In this document: piece after piece, positions 40,051 through 55,070 of the stretch | Numbering within the stretch: position 1 is the first letter of the stretch | How the letters are laid out: every line of letters starts with the position of its first letter | NCBI GenBank assembly: GCA_951406725.2 | Contig: OX597814.1 | Span: 14,818,001 to 14,882,000 of the forward strand | DNA: 64,000 bases | Reading direction: 5' to 3' | Origin: Octopus vulgaris | Taxonomy: Eukaryota | Position numbers and translations under genes: made by a program | The notes under the pieces: generated by a model | What the model was told of the DNA's origin: nothing | Seen by the model: only the letters and a program-made list of their open reading frames with translations | The model's database searches: none

Positions 40051-40171
40051 TACCGCGCAGCCACTCCTGCTTTAGATACTGTAGATACAGAGTAGTCATC
40101 AAAACATTTGTCGAAGCAAGGTCGAATAGTCTGATGATGATATGAAGAGTAACTACTAAATGTCACCACTC

Positions 40172-40218
<47 letters not shown>

Positions 40219-40399
40219 CCATTATTTTAATTCTTATTATTTTTGTTCATTGTCAGTGTATTCTTCGTTGGTATATAATAATTATGCTTATTTCCATTCG
40301 AATTATTTTTGCTATAATCCTTCCTATAATCATTTTATTATTATTTGTTTTATACGTACATTATAATTATCTTTATTTCCTTATATTGTTTATTATTAT

Positions 40400-40900
40400 C
40401 TTTGCTATTACTTCTATAGTGGGTTTGAGCGTTAAGATAATTACTGGTATTATTATTGGGTCCGTAATTATTAAAGAATTTAATTTTCGTATTATATCCT
40501 GTTTTTTTAATGCACTATTATAGTAAGAGGCATGTTTATTGAAAGTATCTATATCCAAGGATAACATAGAAATTCCTTTACCTATATTTTCTATTAGTGT
40601 TTTTTTTACTGGGCTAGGATGGTTGGTATAGGTATTAATGTACTTAAGGTTCTCGGTTAATTTAATGGAATGGTTGGTTTTATTAGTTACTAAGTTTAGA
40701 TTTGTTACTAAGTTTAGAAGTAGTTAACCACAGAATGCTCTTTCTCTATAAATATATCTAACCCATAATTCTTAAAGAATTTTTATAGTTTTTTCTTTAT
40801 ATATTCTAATGATCTAATAGACTAATAACAAGTAAGTTACATATATTTTTCAAATATTTTTTCAAATAATAGTTTCTGGGTTATTGCACTTCAACAGGCT
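40400..40900 (-). mobile_element. Decayed Penelope-like RT/thumb fragment
   Basis: LKYINTYTNHP...ISMLSLDIDTFNKHASYYNSALKK resembles the PLE thumb region (SNHP...RIS.LS.....F......Y..ALK). Confidence 0.55.
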
Positions 40901-40967
40901 GGGGTGCTGGTCTGGCTAGATATCGCTGTGAACACGCTGCTGAAAACTTATAAAATTTCAAGGGAAA

Positions 40968-41228
40968 TACATCTCAAAATCTCCCAGTGAGTGTTATGCA
41001 GTAACAGCACAATAAAGCGATGGCTTGATGCCAACTTAATGTGGCAGTCGCAGGGAAGGGGACTAGTCTCTGGATACGCTTGTGTCACATGGCCATCTAG
41101 AAACGGTCTATCTTGAGGCTAAATAACAGTGACGTTTTCCTTTTTCTGGGACTGCCACATTAAGTTGGCAAAATGCTATGACTTTATCGTGCTGTTACTA
41201 CATAACACTCTCTGAGAGATTTAGAGAT

Positions 41229-41231
<3 letters not shown>
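40968..41231. mobile_element. MITE-like imperfect inverted repeat
   Basis: TACATCTCAAAATCTC..TGCCAACTTAATGTGGCAGTC is mirrored by GACTGCCACATTAAGTTGGCA..GAGATTTAGAGATGTA. Confidence 0.7.
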
Positions 41232-41268
<37 letters not shown>

Positions 41269-41747
41269 GTATGATTAATTTATGGTATGAAGGTCTACAA
41301 ATCAAATCATATTTGTCAAAAATGGAAGAGAGAAGATGTTAAAAAGTTGTAAGAAATTTATTCATGCGTACAATTGATTCGTACATAGACATAAATTCAT
41401 ATTTGAATTTGAAAAAAATTATCATACTACTCATCAGTGCAGCAATAACATAATAACTTCATTCCATAAATGAATCATTCACTTAATATCATAATACTAC
41501 TTTTAATATTTTCGCCAATTTACGCCAATAACCTCCCAGTAAAGTGTGAAGTATCAACGTTAGAAATCTTTTGGGAAACCACTCCAATTAAAGGACGAAT
41601 CCACATTCAACTTGTTTACACATGTATGTGTGTGCATATGTATGTATGTGTACATATGTATGTATATATATTATATATATGTATATTTGTATAGGTATAT
41701 ATATATATATATATATATATCTATCTTCTTATATATACATGTATATG

Positions 41748-41811
<64 letters not shown>

Positions 41812-42990
41812 TGTATATGTTTGTATATGTATGTATATGTATGCATATGTGTGTGTATATCAATGTGTGTAGGGGAGTGAGGATAACTGTGTGTGTACAT
41901 GTATGTAAGTTTTAATCAATTTTGAAAATCAAATTAGAGAAGAAAAGGAATTCTTAGCCCAGTACTAAATAGATCACCAAATTTGTTTACTCGATCCCTA
42001 TTTTGACTTGCCAATGAGTACCAATCATTCGGTACAACTAGATTATGGGTACAAAGCTCCATCAAACGGAAAGTAATATTGTTTTATAGTCGTTAGTCTT
42101 GTTATGGTAGACGGACATTTAGAGAACTCATCGTTTAGAGAAAGAAACGGGTGTTGATTTCTGTTGTTCGTGTTATGTATGTGTAAGGGTACATTCCTGT
42201 TGTAATGATTATTGGGGGATGATTAAAATCATTCGCATCTCGCTTCTTTCGCATCTGTAATAGAGGAGCATTTTGCCGTTATGATAATTATATTGTCTCG
42301 TTTCTGGAAGCTGCCTAAAAAGCGCATTGTGAATTCGGTTTCCAGAAATTGGACATGTTCTGCACTGACTAGGAAATTCACAAACGTTTCAGACAATATC
42401 ATATTTATTTATTTCATTAGTCTGATAAATACTTATTGCACAAATGTTACTATTAATGGTATAACTTTAATTATCGAAATTTAAGGCAAATTATTTATCA
42501 CATTCAGCAGATATCCTATATCTATATCCTATATTAAGTAACATAGTGGAAGTTTACCTACAGATTTGCTTACTTGTCTATTGGAATTTTATTAAGTCAT
42601 CTGGAAAATTCAAAACGCATCTTCCATTAACTAAGTGCTTCGTACACTCGGTTCTTTCGAATATTTGATGTATATTTACGAATATGTATACCTGTACACA
42701 CACAAACACACATATAGACATATATATACGCCTATACATACGCACGCATATATACAGATGCATGCTCACGCACATCCATAGATGTATTCGTACACGCATA
42801 TGCGTGCGGATACACGTATATATACATGCACACGCACATACATGCGCGAAGTTGCACACACATTTACAGTCACACGCATGCGTACACGCAGGTACTTACT
42901 TATACATATATACAGATACACACACTCATTCATATATATATTTGGATATATAAATGCACGCACCCATACATACGCACATATATATATGTG

Positions 42991-43058
<68 letters not shown>

Positions 43059-43559
43059 ACTATTCGCACGTATGAGCGTGTGCATGTATATGTGTGTACG
43101 AATAGATCTATGGATGTGCGTGAGCATGCATGTGTATATATGCGTATGTATGTATAGGCGTATGTATATGTCCATATGTCTGTGTGTGCGTGTATAGGTA
43201 TACATATTCGCAAATATACATTATTTTCCCCTATTTCTACCTATGACTAACCTATCACACACCTCTATTTATAGTAATTTGACATCCTTGTATTCTTCCA
43301 TCCACCTCAAATTTTACTGCTAAAACTACTACTCACTTCGGTATCACCGCCATCCTTACCTTTTCTCTATCTTTTCTCTAGCCATACCTTAATGCAGCTC
43401 TATCATATATCACATATTTCACATTCTCACATTCATTTTCCTTACCTTCTCCTCTCCTCCTCTCCCATCCTCTTATAATATCTTTACCACTAACTAACAC
43501 TCCCTCTCTCACGTCCTTCACCTTTACTTCATCTTTTTGACCCAGACTGCCTTCTTCCA

Positions 43560-44095
43560 ACTGTTAAACATGGGAAAGATCTGTGATGATCTGGGTGTGG
43601 GGGGGTGGACATATCTTGGAAATCTGTTGGCCCAGTGGCTTCTCTTTATGGCAGAATCAACAGTCAAGACTATTTAAACATTTTATGTGATCAAATTCTT
43701 CCTATAGTTGCAGAACTGTTTCCGGAGGGAAACGCAATTTCTCAGGATGCTAATGCACCATTTCACACAGATACAGTTGTTATTGAATGACATCAGGAAC
43801 AGTCTAGTGAAGTTGAATATCTTACCTGGCCACCACTGTTCCCAGACCTCAATATTATTGAACATGTATAGTGCATTTTAGAAAAAAGTAAGGAGTCGAT
43901 ATCCTCCACCATCATCACCCCAAGAACTGGAGGCTGTTTTAGCTGAAGAATGGAAAATTTTCTTTGGAAACTTTGTACGAGTCCATACCTCGTAGACTTC
44001 AAGGTGTAATTACTGCCAAAGGTTGTCCTATCCTATATTAAAATAAATTTGTTTGAAAATTTAAAATATTTCCATTATTTTGTCCAACCCATTTA
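43560..44095 (+). mobile_element. Tc1-like DNA transposon remnant (DD34E region plus right end)
   Basis: SVMIW, GRINSQDYLNIL, QDANAPFHT, WPPLFPDLNIIEHV, broken by frameshifts and stops. Confidence 0.8.
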
Positions 44096-44468
44096 TGTGT
44101 TTATATAACATATACCTATACTTGCGTGTATTTATGTGCGTGTGTGTGTATGTGCGTGTGCATGCATGTAAATATGTATGTATGTACGCTTATATAGGAT
44201 AGACTTCTGTCAGTGCCCATTACCATTTCCACTCTCAGGCTCTGATCGGCACCAGGCTATAGCAGAAGTCACTCGGTCAATGTGCTACGTCTTGCGAGTG
44301 AAACAGAAGCCATGTACTCGGAAAGAAAAATTTCTTACCACACAGCTCAGTATAAATATATAGAAATATGCATATGTTTCTGATACAAACAGGGAAAATA
44401 GAACTCACAATATGAGTATATAATATGCCTGGCCTGGCCACTGACTTAAGTTTGAAAAGTATAAAAGA

Positions 44469-44499
<31 letters not shown>

Positions 44500-44587
44500 C
44501 TTATTTATTTATACATATATATATTTGCATATATATATTTGTATATATATATATATACATATATATATAAATATATACATATATATG

Positions 44588-44629
<42 letters not shown>

Positions 44630-44654
44630 TATTTTACTATTTTCTCTTATCCTT

Positions 44655-44992
44655 CTATTTGTATTTTGACTGCGGCCATGCTGGAGGATTGTCTTTAGTC
44701 GAACAAATCGACCCCACAACATATTCATATTTTTGTAAGCCTAGTACTTATTCTATCGCTATCTTTTGCAGAACCAATAAATTACGGGGGACGTAAACAC
44801 ACCACCATCAGTTCTTTGCCAACGCTGAGGGGACAAACACAGACATTCACACACACATACATAGATACACACATACATACACACATACATACACACATAC
44901 ATACATACATGCATACATACATACATACATACATACATACATACATACATACATACATACATACATACATACACACATACATACATATATAT

Positions 44993-45055
<63 letters not shown>

Positions 45056-45210
45056 TTAACGACTGGCTTCTTTCAGTTTTCATCTGCCAAATTCACTAAC
45101 AAGGCTTTGATTGACCAGAGGCTATCGTAGAAAACACCTGCCCAAGGTGTCACGCAGTGGGACTGAACCCAGAACCATGTGGCTGGTAAGCAAGCTATTT
45201 AGCACACACC
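44655..45210 (-). mobile_element. SINE family C (a more decayed copy follows at about 45455-46030)
   Basis: Match to family C with an expanded (TACA)n/(TA)n. Confidence 0.8.
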
Positions 45211-45307
45211 CACTATATATACATACATGTATGTATGTAAATACACACACACACACACACACACGTATGTATATGTCTGTCTATCTATCTATCAATCAAA
45301 CAATCAA

Positions 45308-45339
<32 letters not shown>

Positions 45340-45685
45340 CATATATGCATCTGTATATATATTTATATATATATTATATATACATGTATGTATATAAATA
45401 TATATATATATACATATACATACAAACACACACACATATATAGTATATACAAATCATTTTTTCCAGTCATTAGACTGCGGCCATGCTGGGCCCTCCATTA
45501 AGAAGTTTTAGTCAACTCCAATACTTATTTTTATCAACTTGATATCATTGTATCGTTACTGTTGCCTAAACGCTAAGACATAGGGTCATAAAGACACCAA
45601 CACCGTTCATCTGGCGGTGGTGGTAGACAAACTCAGATAAAATGATACACACACGTGTGTATATGTGTGTCTGTCTATCTATCAA

Positions 45686-45739
<54 letters not shown>

Positions 45740-45762
45740 AATCTACCTACCTAACTACCTAC

Positions 45763-45896
<134 letters not shown>

Positions 45897-46031
45897 AGAT
45901 ATATGTACCATGGGCTTCCTCGTCTGCCAAATCTACTCACAAGGCTTCGGGTATAACGCTACGCAGTGGGACTGAAAGCAGAAACATGTGGCTGCGTAGC
46001 AACCTTTTTTATCGCACAGTCCTGCCGCAGC

Positions 46032-46063
<32 letters not shown>

Positions 46064-46111
46064 TGATCAAAATAAAATAAAATAAAATTAAAACATGATG
46101 CGAAGGATTCA

Positions 46112-46189
46112 GCGGTACATATGTTTCGGGCCTTTATTAGACAGATTTATAACAATGCATAATGTATGTCTGTGGCCTTCTTCAGCCGC
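46112..46189 (-). ncRNA. Type I hammerhead ribozyme motif with a long stem II
   Basis: gcgg-CTGAAGA-aggcc..ggccc-GAAAC-ATAT-GTA^ccgc. Confidence 0.75.
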
Positions 46190-46566
46190 GCACATATATA
46201 AATATATAGCTTTTGTTGACATTAAAACCTAATATACTACATGTAGCTGCTGTTGACTATAAAAACTAAACATTGTGCTTAAAATAGATATAAATATTAC
46301 AAAGTACAATATATTTTGATATTATAAACCTGTGTACCAAGTCAACAAATGTCACCTGACTCATCGCGACCTCCTATTTGTATATCTTTGTATAGAAACA
46401 GGTAAATAAAAGGTAAACTATACATTGTATAAAACGTTCTGGATAATTTAACCTCGCTGAAAATAAACATGTGTCCCGGGTAGTAAAAAAAGCAAAACTT
46501 TCCACTATTCAGTTCCTTTTTCTCAAATAGAGACGCTTTTGTATTTATAGTTTAGCGTATAAAATA

Positions 46567-46612
46567 TGAATCATATGGTATTTCCTCTAACTGAGTCTGA
46601 TAGTATATATAT
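46567..46612 (+). promoter_or_regulatory. Putative proximal promoter of IL-17 paralog C
   Basis: TGAATCA, TATGGTATTTCC, CTGAGTCT and TATATATA in the same order and similar spacing as the paralog B promoter. Confidence 0.5.
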
Positions 46613-46752
46613 ACATATAGCTAAGCTCAAAGCAACTAATATCAGTAAGATCGAATACCTCCTCGGTAAACGGACTGACTTAGATCCAATTTAAGAAAAA
46701 GTATTATACTGCTAAAGTCCTCTTTTGAATTGTAAATTGTAGACACATAAAA

Positions 46753-46767
46753 ATGAAGATGATCCAA
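46753..46767 (+). CDS. IL17: IL-17-like paralog C, putative coding exon 1 (MKMIQ)
   Basis: aaaATG AAG ATG ATC CAA|gtaaga: a 5-codon phase-0 exon, the same length as paralog B exon 1, about 140 bp below a TATA-like box. Confidence 0.65.
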
Positions 46768-46909
46768 GTAAGAATATTCAATTTATATATACTCTCATCT
46801 CTTATGTTTTACTTGCTTGAATTATAGTGGGGCATCACCTTCAAAGTTTTAGCTGCAGAAGATCAAACCCAGTACCTAATTTTTGAAGTCGGGTATATAT
46901 GCTATGGCC

Positions 46910-47067
46910 CGAGTTCAAATTCCGCCGAGGTCGACTTTGCCTTTCATCCTTTCGGGGTCGATAAATTAAGTACCAGTTATGCACTGAGGTCGATGTAATC
47001 GACTTAATCCCTTTGTCTGTCCTTGTTTGTCCCCTCTGTGTTTAGCCCCTTGTGGGTAGTAAAGAAA
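46910..47067 (+). mobile_element. SINE family B, 5'-truncated, in the IL-17 C intron
   Basis: Matches 713-868. Flanked by a repeat of TATATATGCTATGGCCC. Confidence 0.88.
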
Positions 47068-47187
47068 TATATATATATATGCTATGGCCCTTCTCTCGTT
47101 AAAACGCTGATACTACAGAAAAAAATGTCAAGCGCATTGGGGTGTGACAAACACAAGCGTACACATACCCACGCGTTCATACAAACG

Positions 47188-47240
<53 letters not shown>

Positions 47241-47253
47241 GTGTGTGTTTGTT

Positions 47254-47302
<49 letters not shown>

Positions 47303-48525
47303 CACGTGATAAAATACAGGAGGATCGATTAATTGTAATTTTCTTTAGTATATTCCCCTCTCAAATTCACACACATACTGCAGCAGAACTTTTGTTTTTC
47401 TAAGTCCTATAAAGGAACTCGGAAGGTTGAGCTTTCAACCAGACCTTTCGTGACACCCTTAAAGTCAGGAAATATTCAGCATCTCACAGTTTGTATGTAC
47501 GTATGCATGTATGTATGTATGTATGTATGTATATATATGTGTGTGTGTGAGAGGGGGGGCTTGTATGTATACATATATATATGTGCATATATATATATGT
47601 ATGTATGTGTATATGTGTATGTATATGTATATATATATATGTATGTGTGTATATGTATATATGTGTGTGTATGTATATGTGTATATGTGTGTGTATATAT
47701 ATATGATGTATGTGAATACGTATTTGTTAATTATATTGTTTGTATCTTCCCATACACTCACGTATGTGTATGTGTGAGAGTGTGTGTGTATGCTTTTGTG
47801 CATGCATGTGTGTATGTATGTTTGCATATTCTTATGTGTTAGGTGTATACATATATATTCCTTGTGAATTAATAATAAATTTTTCCTTCATATATTTGTT
47901 TCTTATTCATTTTTGAATGTCTCCCCTAATCAGGGCAATTTTTGAGTGGGGATTTTTAAAAAATAAATCATATATGTTCAAATATAGAATCAATTTAAAT
48001 ATAGTTTTGTTATTTAGCTAGAAGCTTCTAATAATATTTTTTTCCGTTTTCTCTATAAATATGTATACACCCGACATTCTATGGGTTTTTTTCCTATTAG
48101 TGAACGTGGTGTTTATATCTGCTAGACACACGTGTTTTTGTTTACATTATATTTCGTCTCGATCTTTTACTATTTTTAAGTATATCCGTCAGACTTTTTA
48201 AGTTATAGCTTTCTGCACAAATAGACTTCCATACACATTGGTATGTCTTTCTTTTTCTTTAATATTTTCCCTATTACTCCATGTTTTTTCCTTACTCTTT
48301 TTTACTTACTTGTTTCAGTCAGTTGACTGCGGCCATGCTGGAGCACCGCCTTTAGTCGAGCAACTCGACCCCGGGACTTATTCTTTGTAAGCCCAGTGCT
48401 TATTCTATCGATCTCCTTTGCCGAACCGCTAAGTGACGGTGAATTTTATTAATAACTTTTTGATGCTTTTCCTAAAATTTCCTCTCACTGATGAGAATGA
48501 CAATGCATACCTCAAATTCTTCTTC

Positions 48526-48526
<1 letters not shown>

Positions 48527-48584
<58 letters not shown>

Positions 48585-48590
48585 TTTATT

Positions 48591-48673
<83 letters not shown>

Positions 48674-48698
48674 CATCATCATCATCATCATCATCATC

Positions 48699-48775
<77 letters not shown>

Positions 48776-48810
48776 CATCATCATCATCATCATCATCATT
48801 ATTATTATTT
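48527..48810. repeat. Compound trinucleotide microsatellite (TTA)n/(TCA)n/(TAA)n
   Basis: Read directly from the sequence. Confidence 0.97.
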
Positions 48811-49523
48811 TTAAATATTTGTATTGTCTTTTGAAAAGTGCGTATGCATTGAATTCAATTTTGTATTAAATCCAAGTTTGATTTTAACATATAATCTTTC
48901 CATTTTTATACTTGTTTATGGTATTTTTATACCTATAAAGAATTTTTCATTTATATATGTTTATATGTATGCATCATGGGATTCGACACAGTTTCCGTCT
49001 GCCAAATTCGCCTACAATGCATTGGTCGAGCCGGTGTGAGACAGGAAGCGATTTACCCATTGTGCCACGCGATGTGGTGAATTCTGAAACATAAAACTGT
49101 ATATTCGCATACATTAATGTATGAAAATATCCATACATTAATATTATTACATGCTTTATCATATTTCCATTATTAAGCATACATATTTTTGGAATGTTAA
49201 TAAGAAAATGATAAACGTAGACAAAGCATGTAGCTATGCTCAAAGGAACATAACCTCCATCAGTCAAGCGACTTTTGATGAATATTTAGCTTGCAGTTGA
49301 TTTCTAGGGCACATTTAGGTATGATATACATAACTCTGGTTTATGTACAAGAAATTACTTATTTGATTTGCATATTGTCTTTTATATCATAGGGGTACTA
49401 ATTTAATTAGAATTACAGAATGGCAGATGAGTTCAAATGAATCGATTCTTCGTAATGCTTTGTAGAGTATATTTACAAACGCTTCAAAACATTTTAACTA
49501 TGGAAAGCTTCCAAAAACCATAA

Positions 49524-49678
<155 letters not shown>

Positions 49679-50179
49679 ATATCTATCTATCTATCCATCT
49701 ATCTACCTGTCTGTCTATCTGTCTGTCTGTCTATCTATCTTGTAATAATCTGATGAAATAGACGATGATGATAAAGATTTTACAAATCTTAAGACATTAT
49801 TTTCATAGAGAGGATTGTCGGTGTGTTTATTTAAAATCACTGAATCAATGACCGAAATATATGAATGCTGTATTCCAACGAGAAGATATATATATCTCCA
49901 TATAACTACAATTTATTTCCTCTTTTTCCATCACCTTCCTCTCCTCCCCACCAAATACACACAGAAATACATACATAACTCAATCAGCCCTTGCACTGGT
50001 CAAAAGCGATAAACATCCCTGTGTTAACCATCTATTAATGTTATATCGCTTGAAGTAATGAATCCAGACAGATGATGAACCCAGCGCCCACAGGTACTAC
50101 GGATTACACTGTAACTCAGTATCGATTTATGAGGAAGTAGCCTGAGGATGGTTGGAAATGACACAAATATGTGAAAACA

Positions 50180-50401
50180 CCTGTACTCTTTCACTACAAC
50201 TTTGTTTTACTCTTCCCGTTGCACCTGCGTTTCAAATGGTTAGCCTTGCCACACTCTGTGTTACGCTGAATGTCCCCGAGAACTACGTTAAGGGTACACG
50301 TGTCTGTGGAGCGCTCAGCCACTTGCACGTTAATTTCACGAGCAGGCTGCTCCGTTGATTGGATCAACTGGAACCCTCGACGTCGTAACCGACGGAGTGC
50401 C
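50180..50401 (+). mobile_element. SINE family A, 3' part
   Basis: Diverged match to 5316-5547. Confidence 0.8.
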
Positions 50402-50671
50402 ATGATATATGATATGATATATATATACATCTGTATATATATATGTATATATATATATGTATATATATATATTACATATAATAGAAATATTAAAATTAAA
50501 ATAATAATAATATACCAATGATTAAGTAGATTGCAAAATAATAATAAAAACGTATATATTTGGTAGAATAACTATATTATATTATATTTAGTGAAATTTG
50601 ATTTAGTATTTCTAAATTGAATTTTCCCTTTAAGCTGGGAATAATATTCCCTCAAATAATTATTATATATA

Positions 50672-50703
<32 letters not shown>

Positions 50704-50758
50704 ATTTTCTAGATGGTGTAATTTAATTTTGAATGGATAAAAGATGTTTCTTTTTCTA

Positions 50759-50803
<45 letters not shown>

Positions 50804-50875
50804 TTAATGTAATAATATTATGATAAATTGAAAGTGAAATCCATCACTCGACTAACATATTTTCTTTATTTGCAG

Positions 50876-51403
50876 TTTCTCTTCAAGTTTGCCATATTCC
50901 TCTTGAACTTCACCTCGATTGTGTTGTCAGCCGCAATTCCGAACCAGTGTGAAATACCAACGAATCTGAAAGTCCAATATGAGAGTCTCTCCAATGCAGC
51001 CATTGGCAATAATTTTTTTCTACCAGCTGAAATGTCTCCAGCCGGAAGTAAACAATCACTGACCGACGGGGATAAAACTTGCCCAACATCTACTGCTTCT
51101 ACAAATAACATACGCGACCGCTCTACCTGTCCTTGGTACCTGACCATAACTCATGATACAACAATTTTCCCTCCATCACGTACTGAAGTTATGTGTCGAT
51201 GTACAAAGTGTTTAGACACTGACAGTGACAACCATGAATGTGTGATGGTTTATACTCCAATGACTGTCCTGAAACGTACAGGCGAATGTGTTGATGGACT
51301 GTACGTTTATAAACCAAGTGTGATTAAAGTGGCCACAGCCTGTGCGTGTGCACGGAAGGTTGATGTCATTGAGAAGAAAACTGAGCATGACTATGAGTCA
51401 TAG
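50876..51403 (+). CDS. IL17: Interleukin-17-like protein, paralog C, exon 2
   Basis: Acceptor tttctttatttgcag|TTT; signal-like FLFKFAIFLLNFTSIVLSAA; motifs RSTCPWY, CRCTKCL and VATACACA; ends HDYES*. Confidence 0.92.
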   Translation, partial: FLFKFAIFLLNFTSIVLSAAIPNQCEIPTNLKVQYESLSNAAIGNNFFLPAEMSPAGSKQSLTDGDKTCPTSTASTNNIRDRSTCPWYLTITHDTTIFPPSRTEVMCRCTKCLDTDSDNHECVMVYTPMTVLKRTGECVDGLYVYKPSVIKVATACACARKVDVIEKKTEHDYES

Positions 51404-51744
51404 CAAATGTTAAAATAATTAATTGTACACTGCGTATCCCGCAAGAATTTTTCATAGTTTTATGAAATTTGATGTACACCATTATGTGGTGATTAATGGA
51501 TGGATGCATGCATGCATGCATACATGCATACACACATACATACATACATACATACATATATTAATATGTATGTGTGTGTATTTGCTTTAACATACGCTTT
51601 ATAACATCGACATTTGCATATTTAAAACAAAAATCTTGTTGCAATTTTATTTAATCGCCTGTAAGTCATTTCATTATATCTGTACATATGAAATCATTCA
51701 CAAAATCATTTACGAATCATTTAACCACACAAAATGCTATGTCA

Positions 51745-52124
51745 CATTTTATTTAAACATATACGCGCCTTTTATTTAAACACACACGTACCTTTTATTT
51801 AAACACACACGTACCTTTTATTTAAACACACACGTACCTTTTATTTAAACACACACGTACCTTTTATTTAAACACACACGTACCTTTTATTTAAACACAC
51901 ACGTACCTTTTATTTAAACACACACGTACCTTTTATTTAAACACACACGTGCCTTTTATTTAAACACACACGTACCTTTTATTTAAACACACACGTACCT
52001 TTTATTTAAACACACACGTGCCTTTTATTTAAACACACACGTACCTTTTATTTAAACACACACGTACCTTTTATTTAAACACACACGTATCTTTTATTTA
52101 AACACACACACACCTTTTATTTAA
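51745..52124 (+). repeat. 23-bp minisatellite, about 16 copies
   Basis: Unit CCTTTTATTTAAACACACACGTA, nearly invariant. Confidence 0.95.
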
Positions 52125-53318
52125 AGAAGCACACACACACACACACGTTGACGCAGTCAGACGCACACAGGCACAATTTAACACACACCTACAGACTTAT
52201 GTGTATACTTCCTATTTTCCTACTTGACGCCGATTAGTTAGCTGAAATTAGAAGGACCAGACTTTTCCCATACATTTAAGGATCAGAATGTGTCAATTGA
52301 CGCAAAGATGTTTTCCAATTTGAAAGGAAATGAAAAAAAGTAAATAAATAAAGGAAATGACGAGGTAGAAAACTTTTATTAAATACATAAATCTATTGAA
52401 TTTTATGATTTCATGATGATATTAGTCACAATAGTTTGATACTTTGAATGAAATATATCCTTACAAAATAAAAAGATATTTATAGAAATTCAAATAATTC
52501 ATCTCGATGTCTTAGCACACATTTGCGACACAGAGGTTATTTACATCCCTATACAATTTCTCTGGTTCTCTTTCGGCATTTCGTTTCCACACATGTATGT
52601 CTGACTTTACCTGTAGACGTGGATGTTTCCTCATTAAGGTGTTCGATAGTACATGAACAGCCGTGAGGTGAATCACCATGACGTTCTTCAACAACTTTTT
52701 GAATATATTCCCTTTGGACCGGAAACTGAGTTGCAAACACTTGTGTATGCTACCCAGACGTTAATAAGAGCAACATCTCAAATATTATATTAAATAAAAG
52801 AAAAACGTGCATTGGTCATCGTCTACTGCTTGCTTTGCTTAAATGAAGCTTTGCCATTTGGTCAAGCACGTTTACGCCTACCATAGTTTACTATAAAAAT
52901 ATTACGGTGTCAAATTTCTTCTGGGAGTTATTCTCAGAAGGAACTTCTACATGTTGATGTAAGGTACAGAAAACAAAACAGAGTTTGATTTTTCGCACTG
53001 ATATAATGTGTGACAGTAGGCTTTGTGGATTTCATAACCACATTATCATGGACTGGTTTCACCTGTTTTATTGCTTCCAGTAGAATTGTTCTGACTAAAC
53101 TGCGGTTTTGTTTTGCGAACTGTAAAGGCTTTGCAATTACTGAATATCTAAAATGTTGTCACATGTATTTATAAACAAAAAACAAGTGCAAGGTTCAAAA
53201 GTTGACCATGCGTTAATTGATGTGTGCGGTCCTTATGACAATATGTGCTTTATCATTTTTACAGTTGGTGCAAACACCCTATAATTATAGAACCTCGTGA
53301 ATTCCACTTTTTTCTCTT

Positions 53319-53830
<512 letters not shown>

Positions 53831-54643
53831 AGCGGAAGAGAAAGAAAGTGGAATTCACGAGATTATATATATACATTTCTGATTTGATGTGTGAGGAAGC
53901 AATACTAAACAGGTGAAATGCTAACATCACTGCATTGACAGAATTTCCGTTTTTCGATTCAAAATTATGACATTATAAAAGGGTGTGTGCTTCATTTACA
54001 CAAGTGTAAATTGCCATTTTCCCTGTAAAGTGATCTGTAATATAATTAGATGATCTCACATACATAAACCCAACACACACATAGATATATACTCATACAC
54101 ATACGCACACACACACACACACATACGCTCCCTCATATATTCGTATTTATTATATAAAACATTGTATATATTTATGTTAGTTTATATACGCACTCATGTA
54201 ACATATAAATTGAATAAATATATCTCTATAACTATTTATATTTTTGTATTATATATATTTCTCTGGATAGAAATATATATATACATTCATTTGTATTACA
54301 TCATTAAGATTTTAATTTATTTCTTTTATATTGTAATAAAACAACATTTGAAAAACACTCGGCTGTTTTACTTTCAATTCTTACCCTTCTATTTCCTTGA
54401 ATCATTCTGTAGGGGGTCGATTTATTATCTGCATAACCGATTTCATTTGGGTATATTGCTCGTCTTACTACATTAGCTTCCTTTGATGTATGTATGTATG
54501 CCGCGCCATTGTAATTATTCAAGACGAATTATAATTACCGCAGCTCTGCTCTGCTTATTGATCATGTTAATGAATATCATATGCCTTTATTTACATCCAA
54601 TTATTTCTCTCCATTTTAAACATGTGTCTACAAAAAATTTTAA

Positions 54644-54797
54644 AGTGGCTGTGTGGTAAGTAGCTTGCTAACCAACCACATGGTTCCGGGTTCAGTTCCA
54701 CTGCTTGGCATCTTGGGCAAGTGTCTTCTGCTATAGCCCCGGGCCGACCAATGCCTTGTGAGTGGATTTGGTAGACGGAAACTGAAAGAAGCCTGTC

Positions 54798-54867
<70 letters not shown>

Positions 54868-55070
54868 CTTTGTGTGTCTGTGTTTGTCCCCCTAGCATTG
54901 CTTGACAACCGATGCTAGTGTGTTTACGTCCCCGTCACTTACAAGAGACCGATAGAATAAGTACTGGGCTTACAAAGAATAAGTCCCGGGGTCGATTTGC
55001 TCGACTAAAGGCAGTGCTCCAGCATGGCCGCAGTCAAAATGACTGAAACAGGTAAAAGAGTAAAGAGTGA
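54644..55070 (+). mobile_element. SINE family C
   Basis: Near-identical to 53432-53792. Confidence 0.88.

Noticed and set aside
50828-50875. N-terminal extension MKVKSITRLTYFLYLQ of the IL-17 C ORF
   Set aside because: It starts at TTG and is the intron branch point, polypyrimidine tract and CAG acceptor.
51745-52124. Regular short repeat array as a possible CRISPR
   Set aside because: Units are contiguous with no unique spacers, there are no cas genes, and the context is eukaryotic.
52512-53100. Short minus-strand ORFs with Cys/His residues, a possible transposase remnant
   Set aside because: No motif I can recognise with confidence; a translated search would be needed.
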